Shown here: piece by piece, positions 32,786 to 42,217 of the stretch
Numbering within the stretch: the stretch's first letter is position 1
Layout: every line of letters begins with the position of its first letter
The notes under the pieces: model-generated
What the model was told of the DNA's origin: nothing
The model's input: only the letters and a program-made list of their open reading frames with translations
Database searches by the model: none
Made by a program: the position numbers and the translations under genes
Assembly (NCBI GenBank): GCA_963730185.1
Contig: CAVSQW010000008.1
Span: 562,426 to 626,425, forward strand
Direction: 5' to 3'
DNA: 64,000 nucleotides
Source of the DNA: an uncultured Gemmatimonadales bacterium
GTDB lineage: Bacteria; Gemmatimonadota; Gemmatimonadetes; Gemmatimonadales; GWC2-71-9

Positions 32786-33595
32786 CTAGGGCCGATCGAA
32801 CGCCGGCTCCGGCTCCACGGGCCGAAGCGCGGGGCGCTTGGGGTGGATCCCATCGCCGGCCGACCGGCCCTGCAGCGAGCGCCAGACCCACGGGGCCAGG
32901 TGGCGCCGGGTCCAGCGGAGCTCGACGAGGACCCGGGCGAGCAGAGACCGCTCGGGCGCCGGGGGCAGCGGCGCGTTCCAGTCGCCGTCGGCGCCGCCGA
33001 GGCCGATCGCCTGGGCGAGGGCGGTCGCGATCCGGGCGTGGCCCACCGCGTTGGCGTGGAGCCGGTCGTCGCTCCAGAGGCGGGGGTCCGAGGCGACGGG
33101 GTGGCGGGCGATGTCGACCAGAATCGCCCCGGTGCGGGCCGAGGCGGCGCGGAGCGCATCGTTGAGGGCCGCCACCCGGTGCCGGACCAGTCGGGCGAGC
33201 GGCATCACCGGGGTGAGGTCGGGGAGGGTGAAGGAGAGCACGGTGGCGCCGCCGGCGATCAGGGCGCCCTGCATCCGCTCGACGTCGGCGCCGACCCGGT
33301 CGGCGTCGAAGCGGCGGGCCACGGCGTCGTTGGTGCCGGCGAACAGGGTGGCGAGGTCTGGCTCCATGGCCAGAGCCGGTTCGAGCTGGCCGGCCAGGAT
33401 CTGGTCGGTCCGCCGGCCGCGGACGCCGAGGTTGGCGTAGAGCAGGCTGCCCTGGGCCCGGGCCAGGCGCTCGGCGAGCCGGTTGGCCCAGCCCCGATAG
33501 CCGCCCCGGCCGTCGGGGTCGTCGAGTCCTTCGGTGGAGCTGTCGCCGATGGCCACGTAGCGGGAGAACCGGCGGGGCGGCGCCGGGTCAGGCAT
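32786..33595 (-). CDS. SGNH/GDSL hydrolase
   Basis: AIGDSSTEG, YANLGVRG, GTND, DRLH. Confidence 0.9.
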   Translation of the reverse strand: MPDPAPPRRFSRYVAIGDSSTEGLDDPDGRGGYRGWANRLAERLARAQGSLLYANLGVRGRRTDQILAGQLEPALAMEPDLATLFAGTNDAVARRFDADRVGADVERMQGALIAGGATVLSFTLPDLTPVMPLARLVRHRVAALNDALRAASARTGAILVDIARHPVASDPRLWSDDRLHANAVGHARIATALAQAIGLGGADGDWNAPLPPAPERSLLARVLVELRWTRRHLAPWVWRSLQGRSAGDGIHPKRPALRPVEPEPAFDRP

Positions 33596-34064
33596 CCGGC
33601 GTGAGGGCCTTCCGGTAATGGATGGTCTCGGGCTCGTAGCCGGCCCTCTCGTAGAGCCGCCGGGCGGTCTCGTTGCCGGCGAACACGTTGAGGGTGATCT
33701 GGGCATAGCCCCGACGACCGGCCCACTCGCCGGCGGCGTCGAGCAAGGCTCGCCCGACGCCCTTCCCGACCTGGTCCGGCAGCACCGCCAGGACTTCGAC
33801 GTGCGCGTGGGGGAGCCCGGTGAAGTAGTCGTGCCTGGTCGACACGAAGACTCCGCCGACGGGGGTGCCCTCGGGCGCCTCGGCCACCATGATCAGGCTC
33901 GCCTCGGTGGGGCGGGTCAGGGCCTGGAGGAGGATGGCGTAGTCGGCCCGACGAATCTGCCGGGCGGTCCGCCAGGTGGGGATCGGGAAGTCGGCGAGCC
34001 GGTCCATCAGACCGAGGAGGAAGGGTTCGTCGGCCGGGCCGGCCACGCGGATGATCGGGGTCAT
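33588..34064 (-). CDS. GNAT acetyltransferase
   Basis: V.P...GKGVGRALL, N..ARRLYERAGY. Confidence 0.88.
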   Translation of the reverse strand: MTPIIRVAGPADEPFLLGLMDRLADFPIPTWRTARQIRRADYAILLQALTRPTEASLIMVAEAPEGTPVGGVFVSTRHDYFTGLPHAHVEVLAVLPDQVGKGVGRALLDAAGEWAGRRGYAQITLNVFAGNETARRLYERAGYEPETIHYRKALTPDA

Positions 34065-34110
34065 GTGGGTTTGAACACCGAGCGCCGGTTCCCGAGGTGA
34101 GGGATGGGCG

Positions 34111-34518
34111 TCACGAAGGCGGATTGGAAGGCGCGGTCGGCGACCACTCCAGGCCCCATGGGGTGTCGATCGCGAAGAGCCAGGTGCCGTCCATCTGGCG
34201 GCGGGCCACCTCGATGCTTGCGCCGGCCGTCTGGACCGGCTTGCCGTCGGGGCCGGTGCCGGCGAGGGTCCAGCGGCTGGTCAGGAGGGCGAGGTCGCCG
34301 GTGTGGGCGAGGACCTTGGTGTCGAGCGTCATCGTGGGCTTCATGGCCAGGAAGCCCTGGAGGGCGACCCGCACGGCCGATGCGCCGACCACGACCTGGC
34401 CGGGCTGGGTGGTGAAGGCGGCCTGCTGCTCGTAGAGGGTCATCAGGGCGTCGAGGTCGCCCGCGTTGAGGTGCTGCTCGAACAGCCGGTCCAGGTCTTC
34501 GGGGTGCTTGGCGGGCAT
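34111..34518 (-). CDS. SnoaL-like / DUF4440 NTF2-fold protein
   Basis: NAGDLDALMTLY, EVARRQ.DG.W...ID.PWG. Confidence 0.8.
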   Translation of the reverse strand: MPAKHPEDLDRLFEQHLNAGDLDALMTLYEQQAAFTTQPGQVVVGASAVRVALQGFLAMKPTMTLDTKVLAHTGDLALLTSRWTLAGTGPDGKPVQTAGASIEVARRQMDGTWLFAIDTPWGLEWSPTAPSNPPS

Positions 34519-34562
34519 GCGCGTCTCCGGGGTCGGGGTGACGAGCCGCGCCGGGCGCTGGA

Positions 34563-34817
34563 TCAGCGGGCGGCGCGAACGGCGGCAAACACGTTGGCGT
34601 CGAGCCAATCGAGCAGCAGCTGATCGACTTCCTCGGGCGTCTGCTCGGCATCGTGGGGCATGACTTCCCAGCGCTTCCCCGCGGCCATCAGGTACCAGGC
34701 GGGGCTGGTGGCGGCGATATCGCGCTTGGGGTTGGCGGCCTGGCCCTCGTAGGAGACGAAGTGAAAGTCGCGACCTCGATGGCGGAGGCGTCGCTGATCG
34801 GTCTTGTGCGCGTGCAT
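34563..34817 (-). CDS. Small hypothetical protein
   Basis: 84 aa; RDFHFVSYEG and WYLM.AGKRW.VM motifs; normal composition. Confidence 0.65.
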   Translation of the reverse strand: MHAHKTDQRRLRHRGRDFHFVSYEGQAANPKRDIAATSPAWYLMAAGKRWEVMPHDAEQTPEEVDQLLLDWLDANVFAAVRAAR

Positions 34818-34944
34818 GCGAGGCTCGTCGGTGGGAGGAATCGCGGCGGCACTGACGTCGGCCCGCCGGGGCGAGCGACCCCCGGAATCTAACCGGATTC
34901 GCCCTCCGTTGCAGACGGGCGCGCGGGGCGACCGGTTCGAAGGG

Positions 34945-35580
34945 TCAGGGCTGAGGCCTCCGGGCCAGGATCTGCACTACGGCCGATGGTCCGGTGTGAT
35001 AGCGTCCTTCGCGAATGTCGCGTTCCACCTCGCGCCCGATCACGAGCTCGAGCGCCCCGAGCTCCTCCCGGAGGCCCGCGAGCGTCATCAGGCGGTCGGG
35101 GTCGCGCGGGCCGCCGGTCCCGAAGGTCAGCTGGCGCGGCGTGTACGCTTCGAGGACGTAGTATCCGCCGGGTTGGAGGCCGCGCTCCACCTGGCGATGG
35201 ATCCGGCGGCGGAGCGCCGACGGCACGTGGGCGAAGATTGCCACGACGGCGGCCCATCGGTCGGGCTCGACCGGATAGTCGGCCAGGTCGGTGGCGATCG
35301 TGGTGAGCGGGACGCCGCGTTCCCGGGCCAGCTCGGCCGCCCGCGCCAGACCGACGGCCGAGCGGTCGACGGCGGTGACCGGATGGCCGAGCGAGGCCAG
35401 GTGGACCGCGTTCCGGCCCTGGCCTTCGGCCAGGCAGAGGACCGGCCCGTCGGGAATCTCCAGCGCCACCGCCGCCAGAAAATCGTTAGGCTCGGTCCCA
35501 TAGGCGTAGCCCGGCTCGGCGAACCGGGTGTCCCAATCGGCGGGGTTGGAGCCGGCGGGAGGCTCGGGGGTGGCGCTCAT
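34945..35580 (-). CDS. Class I SAM-dependent methyltransferase
   Basis: W..RF....Y.YGTEPNDFL, LCLAEGQGRNA, LQPGG. Confidence 0.88.
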   Translation of the reverse strand: MSATPEPPAGSNPADWDTRFAEPGYAYGTEPNDFLAAVALEIPDGPVLCLAEGQGRNAVHLASLGHPVTAVDRSAVGLARAAELARERGVPLTTIATDLADYPVEPDRWAAVVAIFAHVPSALRRRIHRQVERGLQPGGYYVLEAYTPRQLTFGTGGPRDPDRLMTLAGLREELGALELVIGREVERDIREGRYHTGPSAVVQILARRPQP

Positions 35581-35587
35581 TGGGAGC

Positions 35588-36145
35588 TCAGGCGCTTCCC
35601 TCGAGGTGGGCCTCGACGAACCAGAGCCACTTGTCGGCCCCGCGCGAGATCTCGGTCAAGATGTCGGCGGCGTCGGCGTCGCCCAGCTCGCTCATCTCCT
35701 CAATCCCGATCCGGACCGCCCGGCCGAACTCGCTCAGCGCGTCGGACAGCGCGGCGACATGCTCGCGACCCTGGGAGAGGCCCAGCGGGTAGTCGAGCAG
35801 GGACGACCGGTCGGCGACCACCTCGACCGTGCCTTCGGCGACGCCGCCCAGTTGGACGATCCGCTCCGCGATCAGGTCGGCGTACTCGTCGACGGCGCCG
35901 TGGATCTGGTCGAACAGCTCGTGCAGGGCGATGAAGGCCGGCCCTTTGACGTTCCAGTGGGCCTGCTTGGCCTGGGTCTCGAGGTCGATGGCGTCGGCCA
36001 GACGCCGATTGAGGAGCCCGATCACCTCGACCCGGGTGGCTTCCGGGAGATCGTTCTTGGTGGGGTGGAGTCGGGTGGAGGCATAGCGGGTTTCCGAGGC
36101 GCTCCGGGACTGGGCGGGACGGCGAGCGGAGGTCTTCTTGGGCAT
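35588..36145 (-). CDS. dps: DNA protection during starvation protein
   Basis: KQAHWNVKG..F..LHELFD, D.IAER, DKWLWFVEAH; basic N-terminal tail. Confidence 0.95.
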   Translation of the reverse strand: MPKKTSARRPAQSRSASETRYASTRLHPTKNDLPEATRVEVIGLLNRRLADAIDLETQAKQAHWNVKGPAFIALHELFDQIHGAVDEYADLIAERIVQLGGVAEGTVEVVADRSSLLDYPLGLSQGREHVAALSDALSEFGRAVRIGIEEMSELGDADAADILTEISRGADKWLWFVEAHLEGSA

Positions 36146-36347
36146 GGCGGACTCCGGGTGCAGGCGACGAGCATCGGTCAGTCAGTCTTGAGCTGCCTCG
36201 AATAATAGGCGGTGTCGACCGGATGGGTTCCGGTGGCCCCTCGGCGACCCCTCGCGGCGGTAGCGACCACGGGGGGGCCGGCTCCGGGCCCGCTTCCCAA
36301 TCGCTTCCCCGCGCCGGCCGCGACCGATCCCCGTCACGGGGGCGGGC

Positions 36348-36956
36348 TCACCAGCGAAGTCCGACGCCGGCCGCCAGGCTGGCGGGGTGGATCCGGAGCG
36401 TCGCCAGGCGGGTACCGGCTGCGTCGAGATGGGTCGTGGATCCGTACCATCCGGCCGCGAGGTTGAGGACGACCGAGGCGCGGAGCCGCACGTCCACGCC
36501 GGCGGCGAGCGCCGGCCCTAGGCTGGGGGAGAGGCCGTCGGAGTCGAGTGAACCGCTCTTCTCCCAGAACAAGGTGAGGTTGCCGCCCCCGCCGATGTAC
36601 GGGTTGACCGCGGCACCCGGGCGGAGCGACACGAGGATCACGGCGGTGAGTGGGAGTGACTCCACCGAGCCGAGGTTGACAGCGGGCCTGACGTCCCGGC
36701 GCTCGAGCTCCCGGGATTCCGCCGCGCTGGCCAGCTCGACCGCGAGGCGACGACCGAGGTCGCGTCGGAGCGTCACGCCCAGGCCGACGGCGCTGTAGAC
36801 CTTGTAGCCGGCGGGCTCCGAGCTCTCGGACGTTCCGGTCACGCGGATCTGGGTACGGAGGCTCCAGCGCATCGGGCCGGGGTTGGCGGACTGGGCCCAA
36901 CTCGGCGCCGCGAGGCTGGTCAGGGCGAGCAGGGTGATCAGGCGTGAGGTGAGCAT
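36348..36956 (-). CDS. OmpW-family outer membrane beta-barrel
   Basis: Signal peptide; LPLT, PYIGGG, GVD, terminal GVGLRW. Confidence 0.7.
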   Translation of the reverse strand: MLTSRLITLLALTSLAAPSWAQSANPGPMRWSLRTQIRVTGTSESSEPAGYKVYSAVGLGVTLRRDLGRRLAVELASAAESRELERRDVRPAVNLGSVESLPLTAVILVSLRPGAAVNPYIGGGGNLTLFWEKSGSLDSDGLSPSLGPALAAGVDVRLRASVVLNLAAGWYGSTTHLDAAGTRLATLRIHPASLAAGVGLRW

Positions 36957-37093
36957 CGTCCGGCTCCCGCGCACGACCGCCCGCGCAGAGGCCGGGGCGA
37001 TCCTGGCCCCGCGCGGCCCGGTCGGTGGGAAAATCTCGGCGGGGCGGCCTGAACCGGTCCTGAACGGTACCGGAAGGGGAGTTTAGGAGCGGA

Positions 37094-37181
37094 CGGCGCG
37101 GGTGGGATTCGAACCCACGGTACCCTTTGGGGGTACGCCGGTTTTCAAGACCGGTGCATTCAACCACTCTGCCACCACGCC
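37094..37181 (-). tRNA. tRNA-Ser(TGA)
   Basis: GGCGTGG/CCGCGCC acceptor stem, CCGGT-CTTGAAA-ACCGG anticodon arm, long variable arm, GGTTCGAATCC. Confidence 0.96.
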
Positions 37182-37208
37182 CGGCATTCCGAAGCTACAT
37201 GGACCGCC

Positions 37209-39452
37209 TCAGTCGCGGAACGGCGCCGTCTGGCCCGTCTCGGGCGCGAGACTCCCGGCCACGGCCCGGGCGACGGAGTCGGCTCGCGCGGCGCCCGCGG
37301 TGTCGCCCTGCTGGCGGAGGGTGGCCGCGAAGCCGGCGTAGACCACGCCGTACAGCTCGATGATCGACTGCGACGGATTGTCGACCCAGCCGTGGGGCCG
37401 GGCCCGGCCGGCCTTGGCGTACTCGTAGGCGTTCCAGAGCAGGGCCCGGGTCCGGTCGAGGTCCATGTACCCCATGCCGGCGCTCAAGACGATCGGCGGC
37501 TTGGGGACCACCTTCTCGGGATAGAGCTTCCGGACGAAGCCCTGGGTCACCAGGTACGGGGTCAGCCCGAAGGTCTGGTCGGGGTAGGTCCCCACGCTCC
37601 AGCTGAAGTAGATCGGCCGCTTGCCCAGATTGTCTCGAATCAGGAGCATGACGGCCAGGTCCTTCCGGTCCAGGAGGTCGGTCCCGAAGGTGACCTCCAC
37701 GTCACCGAAGCGAAGCTTGCCCTGGGGCGCCCGGGTGATCTCGGGCAGGCTGTCGAGCTGGGCGGTGGTCAGGCTGAAGACCGGCGTGGTCGGCTCCACC
37801 CACCGGGCCGGCTTCCGCTGGGCGGAGTCGTTTGGCGAGAGCGGAATGCTGTCCGCGCGTGGGACATCGGTGGCCGGCTTCCAGAGATCGATCGACTTCG
37901 ACGGGTCGAACGGCGGGGCCTGGCGCCGGCGAAGCTGGCGGAGATGCCAGTCCGTGTTCATCAGCGACAGGTTGGCCACGGTCACGTCGGGCCGGACCCG
38001 CTCGACCTCCTGGGCGAACCAGAGCGGGAAGGTGTCGTTGTCGCCGGCGGTGATGATGATCCCGTAGGGCTCGACCGACTCGAGCAGATCGCGGGCGAAG
38101 GCCTCGGCGGCCCATTCGTGCGCCCGGCTCGCGGTCTGGCGGTTCCCGAGCAGCGGGATCAGCGCCAGCGCGGCGACCGGGAGGCCGTAGAGCCAGCGCC
38201 GCTGCCCGCCGCCCTTGACCGACTCGGCCACCATCCGCATGGCCCATCCGAATCCCAGGGCGACCATGGTGCCGAAGAACGCGAACGAGCAGACGAAGAA
38301 GTAGTCGCGCTCGCGGACCTCGCGCATGGCCGAGGTGATGTCGGTCCGGTCGGGGTAGATCGAATAGCCGTACTTGAAGTTGAGGTAGAAGATCAGGGCC
38401 AGGGTGAGGGTGAACAGCATTGCGCCGGCGGCGAACCCGGCCCGCTTGTCGCGCCGGATCAGCTCCACCAGCCCAGCCAGGCCGAGCACGCTGAAGAGGG
38501 CGGTGGCCACCCGGGCGAAGCCGCCCCAGTCACGGGCGAACTGCCAGCTGAAGTACTGCCAGTAGTTGGCCAGCTGGGCCGGGAGGTCGGCCTGGCGTTC
38601 GAAGATCGAGCCCTTGCCGTATTGCACCCGGTTGATCACGTCGGAGAGCTGGTGGCTGCAGTTGGCCAGTCCGGCGGTGAGGGCGCAGATGGCGTTCAGG
38701 CCAATCGGCTCGCCCTCGTTGATCGGGGGAAACTGAGCCGAGCGGATCGGGAGAAAGATGTAGTTGGGGGTGAGGCCGATGATCACGGCCGCCACGATGC
38801 CGACCAGCACCCAGGGACGGGTGAGCACCCGCCAGTCGGTCCAGAGCACGTAGACCACGACCGCGGGGGCGGCCAGCACGCCCATCAGGTGATTGGTGGA
38901 GGTGAGCGCCAGGAGATAGGCGATCAGGATCAGCCACCGATCGCGATGCGAGCCGGCCCGGTCGTCGCCCCAGTGGACCGCCAGCCAGGTGACCAGCGCC
39001 ATGAAGAAGAGCGAGACGGTGTAGACCTTCTCGTTGACGGTCGACTGGTTCCAGACCGTCCACATGGTGGCGCCGACCAGCACGCCGGCGAACGCCGCCA
39101 CCAGCCGAGGCAGCCGCTCGGGGACGATGGTGGTGAGCCAGCGCTCGGCCACCAGGAACCAGAGCCCCGCCGAGGCGGCGCTGGTGACGGCGGCGAAGAG
39201 GTTGATCCGGACCGCGTAGTTGGCCGCCAGGGGGAGGAGGCCGAAGGTGTGGGCCAGGAGGACGAAGAGCGGGTTCCCGGGTGGATGGGGGATCCCCAGC
39301 ACCTTGGCCGCCGCGATGTACTCCGAGGTGTCCCAGAACGCCGTGGTCGGCGCCAGGGTCGCGAGGTAGATCGCGAAGACGACGATGCCGGTGCCCAGCG
39401 CCAGGAGGTAAGGCGGCTGGGAACGGGTCGGAGGGGCGAGGGGATCGGTCAT
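37209..39452 (-). CDS. DUF2723 / TMEM260-like GT-C membrane glycosyltransferase
   Basis: TLAPT..FWDTSEY, GIPHPPG.PLF, EKVY, RERDYFF, GDNDTFPLW; multi-TM. Confidence 0.88.
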   Translation of the reverse strand: MTDPLAPPTRSQPPYLLALGTGIVVFAIYLATLAPTTAFWDTSEYIAAAKVLGIPHPPGNPLFVLLAHTFGLLPLAANYAVRINLFAAVTSAASAGLWFLVAERWLTTIVPERLPRLVAAFAGVLVGATMWTVWNQSTVNEKVYTVSLFFMALVTWLAVHWGDDRAGSHRDRWLILIAYLLALTSTNHLMGVLAAPAVVVYVLWTDWRVLTRPWVLVGIVAAVIIGLTPNYIFLPIRSAQFPPINEGEPIGLNAICALTAGLANCSHQLSDVINRVQYGKGSIFERQADLPAQLANYWQYFSWQFARDWGGFARVATALFSVLGLAGLVELIRRDKRAGFAAGAMLFTLTLALIFYLNFKYGYSIYPDRTDITSAMREVRERDYFFVCSFAFFGTMVALGFGWAMRMVAESVKGGGQRRWLYGLPVAALALIPLLGNRQTASRAHEWAAEAFARDLLESVEPYGIIITAGDNDTFPLWFAQEVERVRPDVTVANLSLMNTDWHLRQLRRRQAPPFDPSKSIDLWKPATDVPRADSIPLSPNDSAQRKPARWVEPTTPVFSLTTAQLDSLPEITRAPQGKLRFGDVEVTFGTDLLDRKDLAVMLLIRDNLGKRPIYFSWSVGTYPDQTFGLTPYLVTQGFVRKLYPEKVVPKPPIVLSAGMGYMDLDRTRALLWNAYEYAKAGRARPHGWVDNPSQSIIELYGVVYAGFAATLRQQGDTAGAARADSVARAVAGSLAPETGQTAPFRD

Positions 39453-39456
39453 GGGA

Positions 39457-40983
39457 TCAGTGCCGGAACATCCGTTTGCCGGTGAGAACCATCGCCAGGC
39501 CCAGCTGGTCGGCGGCCTCCACGACCGCTGGGTCGCGGACCGAGCCGCCGGGCTGAATCAAGGCCACGACCCCGGCCTTGGCCGCTTCCTCGACCCCGTC
39601 GGGGAAGGGGAAGAATCCGTCCGACGCCAGGACGGCATTCCGAACGTCGTGCTGGTGCTGGTTGGCCTTGTGAACGGCCAGGAATACGGCGTCGACCCGG
39701 CTCATCTGACCGGCGCCGATGCCGATGGCCTGCTCGTTCCGGGCCAGGAGGATCGCGTTGGACTTGACCGTCGACACCGCGGCCCACGCGAAGCGGAGGT
39801 CGTTCCATTCCTCCGCGGTGGGTTTCCGCTGGGTCGGGACGGTCCAGTTGGTCTCGGCCCGGTCGAAAGCAAACCGGTCCTGGACCAGAAAGCCGCCCCG
39901 GACCCGCTTCCAGTCGAGGGTGCCGACGGCCTCGCCGACGGGGAGCTCGACCACCCGGAGGTTCTTCTTCTCGCTGAAGATGGCCATGGCCTCGTCGTGC
40001 ACCGACGGAGCCACGATCACCTCGAAGAAGAGGTCGCGGAGCGACTCGGCCATGGCCCGGTCGACGACCGTGTTGCAGGCCACGATCCCGCCGAAGGCGG
40101 ACAGCGGGTCGGTGGCCCGGGCCCGTTCCAGGGCCTCGAGCCCGCTCCGACCCACCGCGATCCCGCAGGGAGTGGTGTGCTTCACGATGCAACAGGCCGG
40201 GCGGTTCTTCCAGACGGCGACGGCGGAGGTGGCGGCGTCGATGTCGAGCAGATTGTTGAAGGAGAGCTCTTTCCCCTGGCGCTGGCTCAGGTCGCGGACC
40301 CCGCGCGGCTCTTCCGAGGCGTAGAGGGCCGCCCGCTGCTCCGGATTTTCGCCGTAGCGGAGCGACATGAGGCGCTCGATGGCGAGCGAGATCCGGGGCG
40401 GCAGGCCGTCCTCCGGCTCGGTCAGGTAGCTGGCGATGGCGGAGTCGTAGTCCGCGGTGTGCGAAAAGACCTTGGCCGCGAACGCCCGGCGCACCTCGCG
40501 GGGGAGCTCGCCCTTCCGGAAGAGGTCGAGCACCCGGTCGTAGTCGGTCGGGTCGACCACCGGCAGGCAGAACTCGTGGTTCTTGGCGGCGGCGCGAAGC
40601 ATCGAGGGGCCGCCGACGTCGATGTTCTCGACCGCGTCCTCGAAGGAGACGTCAGGGTCGGCGATGGTGGCCTGGAACGGATAGAGGTTCACGGCCACCA
40701 GATCGAACGTCTTGATGCCGTGGGTGGCCAGCGCGGCCTGATGCTGGGCCGAGTCGCGCCGGGCCAGGATGCCGCCGTGGACTCGGGGGTGCAGGGTCTT
40801 GACCCGGCCGTCGAGCATCTCGGGGAAGCCGGTGACCTCCTCGACCAGGATCACGGGCACGCCCGCCTTCTTGAGCGCCGCGGCGGTGCCGCCGGTGGAG
40901 ACGATCTCCCAGCCCAGGGCCACGAGACCACCGGCGAAGTCCACGATCCCGCGTTTGTCGCTGACGGAAATCAAAGCGCGCAT
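39457..40983 (-). CDS. purH: Bifunctional AICAR transformylase / IMP cyclohydrolase
   Basis: RALISVSDK, GRVKTLHP, RYGENP, KSNAI, SDGFFPF, IQPGGS, RMFRH. Confidence 0.98.
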   Translation of the reverse strand: MRALISVSDKRGIVDFAGGLVALGWEIVSTGGTAAALKKAGVPVILVEEVTGFPEMLDGRVKTLHPRVHGGILARRDSAQHQAALATHGIKTFDLVAVNLYPFQATIADPDVSFEDAVENIDVGGPSMLRAAAKNHEFCLPVVDPTDYDRVLDLFRKGELPREVRRAFAAKVFSHTADYDSAIASYLTEPEDGLPPRISLAIERLMSLRYGENPEQRAALYASEEPRGVRDLSQRQGKELSFNNLLDIDAATSAVAVWKNRPACCIVKHTTPCGIAVGRSGLEALERARATDPLSAFGGIVACNTVVDRAMAESLRDLFFEVIVAPSVHDEAMAIFSEKKNLRVVELPVGEAVGTLDWKRVRGGFLVQDRFAFDRAETNWTVPTQRKPTAEEWNDLRFAWAAVSTVKSNAILLARNEQAIGIGAGQMSRVDAVFLAVHKANQHQHDVRNAVLASDGFFPFPDGVEEAAKAGVVALIQPGGSVRDPAVVEAADQLGLAMVLTGKRMFRH

Positions 40984-40997
40984 GTCGATGACGATCG

Positions 40998-41609
40998 CTA
41001 GTGAGTGGTGAGTGGCGCGTGGGCCACCGTGAACGGTACGGCGCGACCCTCGGCGGCGGCGGCCAGCACGGCGGCGGGCAGCAGCCGATGCTCGACCTCG
41101 AGCACCCGGGCGGCCAGGCTCTCGGGGGTATCGTCCGGGAGCACCGGGACCCGGATCTGGCCGAGCACCGGGCCTTCGTCGTAGCGCTCGGTGACCAGAT
41201 GCACACTGGCGCCGGACTCCCGATCTCCCCGGGCCAGCACGGCCCGGTGGACCCCGAGTCCATACATCCCGGGCCCGCCGTGATCGGGGAGGAGCGCGGG
41301 GTGGATGTTGATGATCCGGCCCTGGTAAGCGGCGACCACCGAGGCCGGGACCTGCTTCAGGAATCCGGCTAGGACGACGAAATCGACCTTGGCCCCCTCG
41401 AGGGCGTCGAGCCAGGCCATGCCGTCGGCGGGGTCCTCGAGCACCAGGGTGGGCACCTCGGCCCGCCGGGCGATGTCGAGGCCGCCGGCCGAGGCCCGGC
41501 TGCTCATCACCAGCACCACCCGGGCCGGCCCCGGCTGGGGCAGGGCTTGGAGCAGCGCGGCCAGGTTGCTGCCGCGCCCCGAGATACAGACGGCAATCCG
41601 GATCGACAT
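40998..41609 (-). CDS. purN: Phosphoribosylglycinamide formyltransferase
   Basis: ISGRGSNL, LAGF, INIHPALLP, VH.V...YDEGP, EH. Confidence 0.95.
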   Translation of the reverse strand: MSIRIAVCISGRGSNLAALLQALPQPGPARVVLVMSSRASAGGLDIARRAEVPTLVLEDPADGMAWLDALEGAKVDFVVLAGFLKQVPASVVAAYQGRIINIHPALLPDHGGPGMYGLGVHRAVLARGDRESGASVHLVTERYDEGPVLGQIRVPVLPDDTPESLAARVLEVEHRLLPAAVLAAAAEGRAVPFTVAHAPLTTH

Positions 41610-41668
41610 AGCCCGCAAATATACAGGCACGGAGCCTCGCCCGCGCGGCGCCGGATCATGACCCCTGC

Positions 41669-42217
41669 CTAACGCTCGGGCCCGAGCAGGCGCGCCGCGG
41701 CGGCGGGCAGATCGGCCACCACCGGAAAGCCTTCGGCCCGGGCCCGCTCGGCGTCTTCCGGGCGCTCCCCGGTCAGGACCAGCACGCCCCGGCCGCCCAG
41801 GGCCCGGGCCGGCTCGAGGTCGGTGACCCGATCGCCGATCCAGATCGAATCCGCCGGTGCCAGGTCGAGGGCGGCGATCGCGTCGTGGTAGTTGAGGAGG
41901 CCGGGCTTCCGGCACTCGCAGGGTCCGGAGACGTCGGGCGCGTGGGGGCAGAGCCAGGTTCCGGCCAGCGACACCCCTTCCGCCGTGAGCAGCTCGGCCA
42001 TCCGCGCGGCGACGGCGTGATACTCGTCCCAGGTCACCAGCCCCCGGGCGATGCCCGACTGGTTGGTCACCACCAGCGGCAGGTAGCCGGCCGCCACGAA
42101 CCGCCGGATGCCGGGGCCGACGCCCGGCACGAGCCGCACGGTGCTCGGATCGCGGAGATAGCCGGTGTCGACGACCAGGGTGCCGTCGCGATCCAGGAAG
42201 AGGGCGGGCCGGCTCAC
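41669..42217 (-). CDS. gmhB: HAD-IIIA phosphatase (GmhB/HisB-like)
   Basis: FLDRDGTL, TNQSGIARG, CPH..C.CRKP, IGD...D. Confidence 0.8.
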   Translation of the reverse strand: MSRPALFLDRDGTLVVDTGYLRDPSTVRLVPGVGPGIRRFVAAGYLPLVVTNQSGIARGLVTWDEYHAVAARMAELLTAEGVSLAGTWLCPHAPDVSGPCECRKPGLLNYHDAIAALDLAPADSIWIGDRVTDLEPARALGGRGVLVLTGERPEDAERARAEGFPVVADLPAAAARLLGPER

